Virus record (IMG/VR): IMGVR_UViG_3300042013_000103
Length of the DNA stretch: 64,000 nucleotides
Origin: a virus
Lineage: Duplodnaviria; Caudoviricetes
Strand: one strand, 5' to 3'
Shown here: positions 8,257 to 16,473 of the stretch, one piece after another
Position numbering within the stretch: the stretch's first letter is position 1
Layout: each line of letters begins with the position of its first letter
Position numbers and translations under genes: made by a program
The notes under the pieces: generated by a model
What the model saw: only the letters and a program-made list of their open reading frames with translations
The model's database searches: none
Told to the model about the DNA's origin: nothing

Positions 8257-9588
8257 TTAAGCCAGGTAGTACCAAAGTTGCCAACCGCCAGGGCCACGCA
8301 AGAAGGTGATTAAAGTGTAGATCCCGCGCCAACTGTTCACCGGTTGGTAGCAGTTGCCCACGGCGACGGACATCACGGGGTAACTGGACAAATTCATCAT
8401 GTGCGTGTTCAGGAACACGTGCATGGCGTCGATGGAAGCGTGTTGCCCCGTGAACACTAACCCTTGTGCATTCTGGCGCAAGGAGGCCATCAGGTCGTTG
8501 TACACGTGCCGACACTGGTTGGTGCCGACCAACACGTAGTTGGGATCACCCACGCCCGCACCTGCCGCCAAACGACTCATGGGGAAACGGCCGCTGATCA
8601 CGGCATCGGCCGGGATGTTGAACCGGGACGCGTTGAACGCAGTCACGTAGCTTTGCCCGCCCAAAAGAAGGGTGGATGACGCGGGGTCAGACCACTTCTG
8701 CCGCAGGCCGAACTTGGTGTCCACAGCCGTCTTCAGCGGGATGCCAACGAGCGCAGCGGTTGTCCCGTGGGGGTTGGCCTTGTTCTTCACGTGCGCGTCC
8801 AGAGCAGCCGCCTGAGCGGCTAGCTGGTTGAACACCCCACCGATCGGCAGGTACAGGTTGTCGGCTTGGGTGAAGGTTTCCGCGTTGTTCGCCATGCGCC
8901 AGTTGTTCAGTTGCTCCAACTGCAGTTTCAAGGCTGTGGTTTCGTGCGGGTTGTTGAAGTCGTTGACATGCGCCGACACGGCGAGTTTGTAGTCATCCAA
9001 CAGCGCCTGCGCTTCCGCCAAGTACAGTTGGTAATAGTCCACGCTGGCTTCAATCACCGGGGTCATGCCAACGGCACAGGAATCCGCAATGCGCTGCAGC
9101 TCGGTGACGGTCGTGTCCAAGCCGTACAACTGCCAGTATTCGTCTGCGTGCGGGGCAGCGGGGTACGCCTCGGGTTTCCCCACAATCCCTTCCCAAGTGA
9201 AGTGCAGTTCGTCCAACGCCAGTTTGTCCATCACCGCTTGCAGTTCGAACACACTCGGGCTGAAGAACCCACCGACCGCGTTGTAGTTGCAAGAAACAGG
9301 CGACGGGACCGAGGCCCGGGTGATCACCACCAGCGCCATGACTTCTTTCCCGGTCATCCGAGACAGCGTGTCGTAATGGAAGGTGCAGTCGTAATCCGTC
9401 CCGGGCACCAGGGGCACTCCGTTGGCGTCTCGCAGTTCGAAGGTCTCGGTGTAGAAACCGCCAAAGGTGGGGACAAAGATGCGGTTGGTTTTACCTGGCA
9501 CTACAACCAAGGGGTGGATCTCGTTGGACACTCGGTTCGACGATCGCGTCCCGGTCAAGTCCAACGGATAAAACGTTACGTCAGCCAT
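8257..9588 (-). CDS. Tail fibre/baseplate protein, phiKZ gp131-family paralog
   Basis: N-terminal YPLDLTG..SN domain; two HxxxxxNPH repeats. Confidence 0.75.
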   Translation of the reverse strand: MADVTFYPLDLTGTRSSNRVSNEIHPLVVVPGKTNRIFVPTFGGFYTETFELRDANGVPLVPGTDYDCTFHYDTLSRMTGKEVMALVVITRASVPSPVSCNYNAVGGFFSPSVFELQAVMDKLALDELHFTWEGIVGKPEAYPAAPHADEYWQLYGLDTTVTELQRIADSCAVGMTPVIEASVDYYQLYLAEAQALLDDYKLAVSAHVNDFNNPHETTALKLQLEQLNNWRMANNAETFTQADNLYLPIGGVFNQLAAQAAALDAHVKNKANPHGTTAALVGIPLKTAVDTKFGLRQKWSDPASSTLLLGGQSYVTAFNASRFNIPADAVISGRFPMSRLAAGAGVGDPNYVLVGTNQCRHVYNDLMASLRQNAQGLVFTGQHASIDAMHVFLNTHMMNLSSYPVMSVAVGNCYQPVNSWRGIYTLITFLRGPGGWQLWYYLA

Positions 9589-9603
9589 TGTCGGGCTCCC
9601 TAG

Positions 9604-10995
9604 TTATTGAAGGACTGAACTCGTGTAGGTCCAGTCTGCGGCTGTACCGGAAGTCCCACTGCGGGCAACGGTGACCAAGGTGCGCAGGGTGGAGGTTTGG
9701 GACCCGTTACTGGTACCGATGTCCCAAGACGACTGCTCATAGAACAGGATCATCGTTCCCCGTGGGTACGCGGTGGCGTTGCCGTAAGCGTTGGAGATAA
9801 TTTGCAACACCTGGGCGTGCGACGCTGCGTCCGGCCCAAAGATCCCGCCCATGTAGTACATGCGCACGGGCTTTGGTGCCAAGGTGGCGAAGGTCGTGGC
9901 GATGTGTGACCAGTTGCCCGCCCCGTTCAACACGTAGTCTGCGTTGGCCCCACTCACGGCGTAGCGCACTTGCGCCAGTCGTCCAGAGGTGATGTTCGCT
10001 GCATTGTTACCCGCCCGGGCTTGGTTGTACTTGGCAAGGTACGTGGCCCCTTCCCACAGGGTGGATTGGTTCAGCGTAGCGCCGCGGTCCGCGTACAGGG
10101 CGGCAATGTTGTTGAACTCGGGGATGGTGTAGGCCAGCAACTGAGCCGCCGTGAGTTCATGCGGGTTGTTTAAGTTGTTGACGTGACTGGTCATCAACGG
10201 GGTGAAGTTCGCGTCCACCGAGAGTTTCAAACTCCAGGGGGTGGCGTAGCGGTTCAAGATCGACGCGTTGGCTTGACGGGCATCGTCGTCCGTGGCCTTC
10301 GGGAAGTTCTGCACGTTACCCAACTGCACCTGGACGGCCGTCAACCGGTGAGGGTTGTCTTGGTTGGCGATGTGCACCTGCAACTGTTGCTCGGTCAGGG
10401 CCAGGTCGTCCGAGATGATCTTCAACAACCGTTTATAGTCGTCCAAGTTAGCCTCGAACAACCGGTCCCCCATGGTCTCGATCGCCGTGGTCATGCGCTT
10501 CAGCTGCACGGTGCGGTCGGTGAACTCGTGGAGGTCCCACAGAGCGTGCTGGTGACCGTTAGGGTTGAACGCATCGGGTTTGTGTTCGATGTTGTTCCAA
10601 TGCACCTTGCGGGTGTTGTTCAACAGCCCCCGCGCCAACTCGACGATGGTGTACGCCATGTTGCAGTACAACCCCCCGACCATTTGGGCGTCGATGTAGA
10701 TTTCCGGGTGCACTTGGCGGTTCAAGATCACCACCACGCCACACACGGTTTTGGCCGTGTCTTTCACCGCGTCCGGGTTGAGCCCGGTGCACTGGTAGTC
10801 CACGTCCCGTTGCAGTTCATAACCACGCCCGTCGACCACTTTTAAGTCGTCGGTGTAGAAGTACCCTTTGTCCATGGCGATGACGCGAAACGGCAAATTC
10901 ATCTGGTCGGACAAATCGTGGTATTCGCGTTTGGTGCGGTTGTTCACCGCCATGCCCGTGAGGTCAAGGGGCAGTGCGTGAATTAACGGATTCAT
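9604..10995 (-). CDS. Tail fibre/baseplate protein, gp131-family paralog
   Basis: LPLDLTG..NN domain; two NPH repeats. Confidence 0.75.
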   Translation of the reverse strand: MNPLIHALPLDLTGMAVNNRTKREYHDLSDQMNLPFRVIAMDKGYFYTDDLKVVDGRGYELQRDVDYQCTGLNPDAVKDTAKTVCGVVVILNRQVHPEIYIDAQMVGGLYCNMAYTIVELARGLLNNTRKVHWNNIEHKPDAFNPNGHQHALWDLHEFTDRTVQLKRMTTAIETMGDRLFEANLDDYKRLLKIISDDLALTEQQLQVHIANQDNPHRLTAVQVQLGNVQNFPKATDDDARQANASILNRYATPWSLKLSVDANFTPLMTSHVNNLNNPHELTAAQLLAYTIPEFNNIAALYADRGATLNQSTLWEGATYLAKYNQARAGNNAANITSGRLAQVRYAVSGANADYVLNGAGNWSHIATTFATLAPKPVRMYYMGGIFGPDAASHAQVLQIISNAYGNATAYPRGTMILFYEQSSWDIGTSNGSQTSTLRTLVTVARSGTSGTAADWTYTSSVLQ

Positions 10996-11005
10996 AAAAA
11001 GCCCC

Positions 11006-12373
11006 TTAGCCTAGGTAAACCCAGCCGCTAGCCGTGCGCAAAATCGCACGCTGAACGAAGTGACGCATCCAGAAGGACCCGTTACCGTTGCCCCACAAAG
11101 TGTTCTGGTTGATTACGAAGAACATGAGGGAACCCACCGGGTAGGTGTTGATGTTTTGGTACGCGGGAATGGTCCAGAAGAACGCCATGGCTTGGTCTGC
11201 GTTGTCCCACAGCCCGGAGATTCGTTCAATTCGGGTCGGGGCCACGTCAGCGTACTGGGTCACCAGCGACTGCCACTGCACCCACTGTCCGTTACCGCGC
11301 AACAGGGCGTTGTAATCCGGTGTCCCCAACCCCAACCGTGCGGGGTTCACGTAGCCCACCGAGAAATGGCTGGTGTCCAGATTGTTCCGGGCCGCTGAGA
11401 CGAACTGGCTGTAGTTGTACCACCCACCGTTGTGGTTCAGTGCCAAGGCGTTGGCCACTTGTTCGGTCTTCAGGTATTTGGCTGCAATCAATTCATCTGA
11501 TTTGGCGATGGTGTAACTGTTCACCTGAACCGGGGTGGTTTGATGCGCGTTCGCTGGGTTGAGTGCCACGTGAGCGTTCAGCGGTTTGGCGGCAAACTCA
11601 TCAATGCCGTAATACCCGCGTTTGGGTGTCAGGTACCAGTCGTTCGAGACGCCTGCCCGCACCACGGCTTCACTCGCCACGCCTTGGTTGAACATGTCCT
11701 GCAAACCGATGTCGGCTTTGACGTCAACGTGCGGGTTGAGCTTGTTGGCGATGTGGTCCGCCAACGTGGTGTCGTATTCGGCCACGTACGCATCAAACAG
11801 GTCCCGGACTTCTTGTCGGAAGTCTTCTTCCGCCGCCGGGGACCCGGTGGTGATGCTCAGCTTGATGTTTTCCAGTTCGATGTTGTATGGCTGGAACATG
11901 TCCAACCCCCACCGTCGCTCGTCGAGTTCCCCTGGGGCCCACATGGGTTCTTCCCCCAGGTAGTCCAGCCGGACAGGGACATAACCCGCCGGACGGGTTC
12001 CATAGAAAGCGACGTAATCGTCGATCGCTGTGAAACTGAATGCCAAGTCCCCGCCTACCATCTGTGCCGATACGTAGACAATCCCAGAAAGTGTTTGATT
12101 CAGAAAAACAATAGCGCTGCAGACTCTCAACCCGTTCCGTTCGGAGAATTGTTTGTGGTAATAGGTCACGACGTAATCTTCGTCCGCCATCAGCAGGTTG
12201 TAATCGGCGTCGTACACCCGCAGCCCTTGGGTGTAGAAGCCCCCGTGGTTTAACGTGATGATCGCGTAAGGCAAGCCGACGTACTGGACCAGCAAATGTT
12301 CTTCGCTCCCCACGTGGTTGGCCGGGTCGGTCCCGGTCAAGTCCAACGGAAGCTTGTTGTATACCGGATTCAT
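11006..12373 (-). CDS. Tail fibre/baseplate protein, gp131-family paralog
   Basis: LPLDLTGTDPANHV domain; NPH and NAH repeats. Confidence 0.75.
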   Translation of the reverse strand: MNPVYNKLPLDLTGTDPANHVGSEEHLLVQYVGLPYAIITLNHGGFYTQGLRVYDADYNLLMADEDYVVTYYHKQFSERNGLRVCSAIVFLNQTLSGIVYVSAQMVGGDLAFSFTAIDDYVAFYGTRPAGYVPVRLDYLGEEPMWAPGELDERRWGLDMFQPYNIELENIKLSITTGSPAAEEDFRQEVRDLFDAYVAEYDTTLADHIANKLNPHVDVKADIGLQDMFNQGVASEAVVRAGVSNDWYLTPKRGYYGIDEFAAKPLNAHVALNPANAHQTTPVQVNSYTIAKSDELIAAKYLKTEQVANALALNHNGGWYNYSQFVSAARNNLDTSHFSVGYVNPARLGLGTPDYNALLRGNGQWVQWQSLVTQYADVAPTRIERISGLWDNADQAMAFFWTIPAYQNINTYPVGSLMFFVINQNTLWGNGNGSFWMRHFVQRAILRTASGWVYLG

Positions 12374-12444
12374 TTAAAGCTCCTAACGAAGTAAACATAG
12401 AGAGAATCACGCACGTTTAAGGCGCCGTGATTCCCCCTAGTTTG

Positions 12445-12765
12445 TTATAGCTGGTCCGCGGCATTACCAAAAGCTTCAGCAATCGGACCGTAGACGTTCT
12501 CTTCGGCCCAATCGTTGGTGCGTGCAGGTGTCATCACCGTGGTGTTGTTTGCAGCACCCGCAGCTTCTAACAAAGTGGCAGGGGCGTAGTTGGGGGTCAA
12601 CTCGAGGCCGATGTCGGCTGGGCTCAAGTCGTGTACGTTCCCTGTCGCTTCGGTGTGAGCGTTGAGACGGGTCAACATCGTTTGGATTTTCCCCACCAAG
12701 GTAGTGAAGACCGTAACGACGGTGGCTTTAACCGTGTCTAGCTCGGGTTTCCAATCGATGCTCAT
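12445..12765 (-). CDS. Small gp131-family-related virion protein
   Basis: Single repeat unit H..ATGNVH.L...IGL...PNY..A...A......MTP. Confidence 0.6.
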   Translation of the reverse strand: MSIDWKPELDTVKATVVTVFTTLVGKIQTMLTRLNAHTEATGNVHDLSPADIGLELTPNYAPATLLEAAGAANNTTVMTPARTNDWAEENVYGPIAEAFGNAADQL

Positions 12766-15014
12766 TCTGGAATACTCCGATGATCAAACAACAAAGCGTT
12801 GTCCGAGGAATCTCCCCAGAACTGCACAAGGTGTTTGCTGTTTACCGTTACTGTGAATTTGTACCCTGCGGCCACATCCACGAATGGACCGGCTTCTACC
12901 GGGATGTCGCATTGGCCCCGGTCGTTGGTCCCAAAGAACGCCGCCTTGCCGTATGGCAGGATCTCGCTGTTGGTCCCAATCTCCGCCATGACAAAACTGA
13001 AGTGGTCGTACGTACCCGAGATTTGCAGCACGTTGTCCAACGCGTCGAGGTTGTAGGTTTGGCCGGCGCCGTCTTTAATGACTGCACCCACCACCCGCAC
13101 CAAGTTCACGTTAGGGGTCCGACGCAACTCGTACAAGAACACTTGGTTGGCTTCGTTCAAGAAGACCACGTGCGTGGTACCGATCATGATGTCGCGGATC
13201 GGCGCCCCTTGTGCGGCCACAAAGTTAATCGCGGTGGTGGCACTGCTGACCCAGTTCGGGTCCCCACGGCACACGTAACTCAGGAGCGGTGGAGCTTCAC
13301 CCGGTTGCGGGGTTTCAAACTCAATGATGGCCAGTTCCCCAGCGTGGGAGAATTCAGTGCCCAAGAAAATCCCGGACACCCGTGCGCTTGAGTTGTACAA
13401 GGTCGCCACCCCGTTGACGTCGTAACGACGGACGGAGCCGTACGTGCGTTCATCAACGACTGGTGGTGCGTCGTCCATCATCAACCACACCGCCGTTTTG
13501 GTTGCCCAAATCGTGTTCACCTTGTTCGCTGGGTTGAAACTTACATCATCGGCGTAACCGGCGGGGGTAGGGATGTGTTCCGACCCTTCCGCAACGATCG
13601 CGCCGTTTGCAGCAACGTAGTAGCCCGCATTCCTCAACTGTGCCCAACGGTTCACCACAGCACGAATGTACTCTGGGAAGATGGTCATATCTGACGATGT
13701 TACCAACACCGAATCACCGTTGCCGTCCCAAGGAGCGTACATCGAGTAGCCGACCTGAGTCGCCTGAATCAATTGCCTTAGTCGAGCAGCCAGTACAGCC
13801 GGTGTAACGGGATCAAGCGGGTTTAGCAGGTTCACCTGTGCCAGGCTGGTGACAAAGGCTGCATCGAGCCCTTGCAACAGGAAGACCATGTCGTCGAAAG
13901 ACGGCAAGGACTCGCGCCACTCCGCTTCGGTTTGCCCCGCGAACTTCGGGGTGTCCTGGGCCGAGACGTTGGCCAACAGCTCATCGATCTCGTCACGGTT
14001 GTACGCGCCGCCGTCCGCCAACCCACCGGGGGTTAACTGGTGCGGGTTGTTCCGGTCGTTGATGTGAGCATTGAGGTCGTTGACGACTTCATCGATCCGT
14101 CCCGAATCCGAACTCTGCTGCAACAGCAGTGACACGGTGTACGGGGTCATCAGCACCGAGTTGTTGGTGATGTCCAGCGCTTCAATGTCCGAGGCCGCCG
14201 GGTAGTTCGGCACCTTGTCCAGCCCGATGTGGATCGCCCGCACTTCGTGGGGGTTGGCCTTGTCGAGCAAATGCTGGTTGAGCTTTTTGATGGCGTGTTC
14301 TTGGATGGCCAAGTACACACCCGCCGGCGAAATGTACAGGTCCGCTTGGGTCGCCAGGGTGGCCTGTTGGTTGTCCGCCATGGGGTAGTTTTGCACGTTG
14401 CCCAGCAGCACGTGCTGTTTGGTGGTGCGGTGCGGGTTGTTGAAATCCAGCAAGTGCTGTTCGGTGGTGCCCGCTGCCGACGCTTCCAGCACGTCCGCGA
14501 TGCGTTCCAGCCCCGCCAACAGCTCCACGCTGCCGACCAACCCCGTGCCGATCGGCTGAGAGTGCTCCAACGACGGGAACGAGTGTGGCAAGACGTCAAT
14601 CGAGCCCCAGGTCCGGATCAGTGGGTTGTACTGACGCCGGGCCAGTTCAGCCAGAATCGCCGCGTCACTGAACCCCCATGGACCACCGAGGGTACGGTAC
14701 TCCAGGCGCAGGATCCCCTGAATGGTCCGTTTCATCAACCGGATGGAGCCCGCAATGGGACGCCCGGTGGACTTCATGGCGTCGATGAATTTGTGCCCGA
14801 CGTTGTAATCGGCACCCTCCACCAACAACGCACCCGTCAGGTGGTTAAACACCTTGATGGAATCTACGAAGAATGGAGCTGCACGTGGGATGAAGAAATA
14901 GAAGTCATCCTTACCCGGTGTCACCACCGTATGCCGCTCGTCTGTGACCAGGTTTAACGGGTTCGTCCCGTTCAGATCTTCTTCGTAAAGCCCCGTTGTA
15001 CTAACAGTGGCCAT
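12762..15014 (-). CDS. Tail tip/fibre protein (gp131-like) with C-terminal beta-propeller
   Basis: YEEDLNGTNPLN domain; three NPH repeats; RCC1-like blade GTNDRGQCDIP...VDVAAGYKFTV. Confidence 0.75.
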   Translation of the reverse strand: MATVSTTGLYEEDLNGTNPLNLVTDERHTVVTPGKDDFYFFIPRAAPFFVDSIKVFNHLTGALLVEGADYNVGHKFIDAMKSTGRPIAGSIRLMKRTIQGILRLEYRTLGGPWGFSDAAILAELARRQYNPLIRTWGSIDVLPHSFPSLEHSQPIGTGLVGSVELLAGLERIADVLEASAAGTTEQHLLDFNNPHRTTKQHVLLGNVQNYPMADNQQATLATQADLYISPAGVYLAIQEHAIKKLNQHLLDKANPHEVRAIHIGLDKVPNYPAASDIEALDITNNSVLMTPYTVSLLLQQSSDSGRIDEVVNDLNAHINDRNNPHQLTPGGLADGGAYNRDEIDELLANVSAQDTPKFAGQTEAEWRESLPSFDDMVFLLQGLDAAFVTSLAQVNLLNPLDPVTPAVLAARLRQLIQATQVGYSMYAPWDGNGDSVLVTSSDMTIFPEYIRAVVNRWAQLRNAGYYVAANGAIVAEGSEHIPTPAGYADDVSFNPANKVNTIWATKTAVWLMMDDAPPVVDERTYGSVRRYDVNGVATLYNSSARVSGIFLGTEFSHAGELAIIEFETPQPGEAPPLLSYVCRGDPNWVSSATTAINFVAAQGAPIRDIMIGTTHVVFLNEANQVFLYELRRTPNVNLVRVVGAVIKDGAGQTYNLDALDNVLQISGTYDHFSFVMAEIGTNSEILPYGKAAFFGTNDRGQCDIPVEAGPFVDVAAGYKFTVTVNSKHLVQFWGDSSDNALLFDHRSIPE

Positions 15015-15184
15015 TACGCCCTCCTTTAAACCGCGCGCAGCGGTTGTTAGCGTTAATGATGTGAAATGCTCAAGGGTGTAACTTAGGCATTCATCTAAAC
15101 TCTTGGGTTTTACCGTTACTATAAGACGGTGAAATATCTATTCACATAGGATTATTTAATCTGACGCAGAACGGAGAAGCCGTT

Positions 15185-16432
15185 ATGTACATTCTAATCA
15201 GGGGTCGTCACCGGACCAATCGGCAAACAGGACGTTGGGTTGACGCGGACCTTGCTGCGGTTCCGGTTGCCACCCTGACCTCGGTCTACGGGGATGTTTA
15301 CCTGTATGTCACTTACCCCAACCCCGGGGATCAAGTCTTTGCCCTCCGTTTTGACAAAGTCTCGCACCTGATCGCCTCCGCCAACGCTAACATGACGGTG
15401 CAACAGTGGTTGACGTCGCTGGGCAACCTCACGTTGCCGTTTGAACCGGCCTTGCCCGATGAAACCGTCAAGTACGTGTACTACGGCAACACCTGGCACG
15501 CAGGGTACCGCGTCCAACCGGTCGCCCGCACCGGGCACGTGGACGACATCACGTCGAGTTATAAGAAAGAAGACTTGCTGTTGACCCACCCCAAACACGA
15601 CTACCAAAAGATCATGGACCATTGCCTGCAGTCGGTGAACGGGTACTACCATTTGTCCGACGCCGGACCGGATGGGATTCGGGTCGTGGACGGCAACACC
15701 ACGGTGCGCATTGCCAACGACAACCAACTGGGGATGACCTCGTTCGAGAAGGTGGCCAAACTCAAGTGTTACCCGATCACCGCCGAGATGGTGCACGCAC
15801 AGCGCCCTGGGGCACCGCTCTACGACGCGTGCTATGTGAAGTTGCCCATGTCCATTGACCTGACCGACAAGACCGTGCTGTTGGTGTTGGGGGGTTATCT
15901 CCATGTGATGGGCAAGAGTTATCTGCAGGTGGCGGAGCACGCGTACCGGATCGAACTGGGGTCGTTGCTGTTTGTGGACCGGTTGCTGAACTCCCGCACC
16001 ACGATCGACCTCTCGTCCTTGGACCTGACCGAAGACCCCGAGAACCCCAGCCTGCTGTCGGTGGCTGAACTCAAACGGGATTCCACGGTGTTGGCGTACT
16101 TGACGCTGTCGCAAAGTTTCTTCGTGGTGGTGGACACCCCGACCCTCTTCCACGAATTCGAGCAGCTGGAATCGTTGCGTGCTCCCGGTCGTTACATGGG
16201 GCATGAGCGATTGTATTACCCGGTGGTCGGGGCGTACGGCAAACAGCTCGAGTACCACATCATCGAGGAGCATGGCCAGTACGTGTACGCTTGCACCAAC
16301 AACCGTCGGGCCAACTACGACGCCAACCGTCGGAACTGGCAAGCCGGTAGCACGGTAGACGGTGGTCGTTACCCTGCCCATCCGTTCCGAGAAGCGTCGG
16401 CGTTCCTGCGGGTCATGGGCACGCAAGGCTGA
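15185..16432 (+). CDS. Conserved virion structural protein (phiKZ gp130 position)
   Basis: 415 aa with coding bias; lies between the fibre array and the portal as in phiKZ synteny. Confidence 0.6.
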   Translation: MYILIRGRHRTNRQTGRWVDADLAAVPVATLTSVYGDVYLYVTYPNPGDQVFALRFDKVSHLIASANANMTVQQWLTSLGNLTLPFEPALPDETVKYVYYGNTWHAGYRVQPVARTGHVDDITSSYKKEDLLLTHPKHDYQKIMDHCLQSVNGYYHLSDAGPDGIRVVDGNTTVRIANDNQLGMTSFEKVAKLKCYPITAEMVHAQRPGAPLYDACYVKLPMSIDLTDKTVLLVLGGYLHVMGKSYLQVAEHAYRIELGSLLFVDRLLNSRTTIDLSSLDLTEDPENPSLLSVAELKRDSTVLAYLTLSQSFFVVVDTPTLFHEFEQLESLRAPGRYMGHERLYYPVVGAYGKQLEYHIIEEHGQYVYACTNNRRANYDANRRNWQAGSTVDGGRYPAHPFREASAFLRVMGTQG

Positions 16433-16473
16433 GACAGCATAAAGCCCTCCCGCAAAGGAGGGCTATTATGTCG

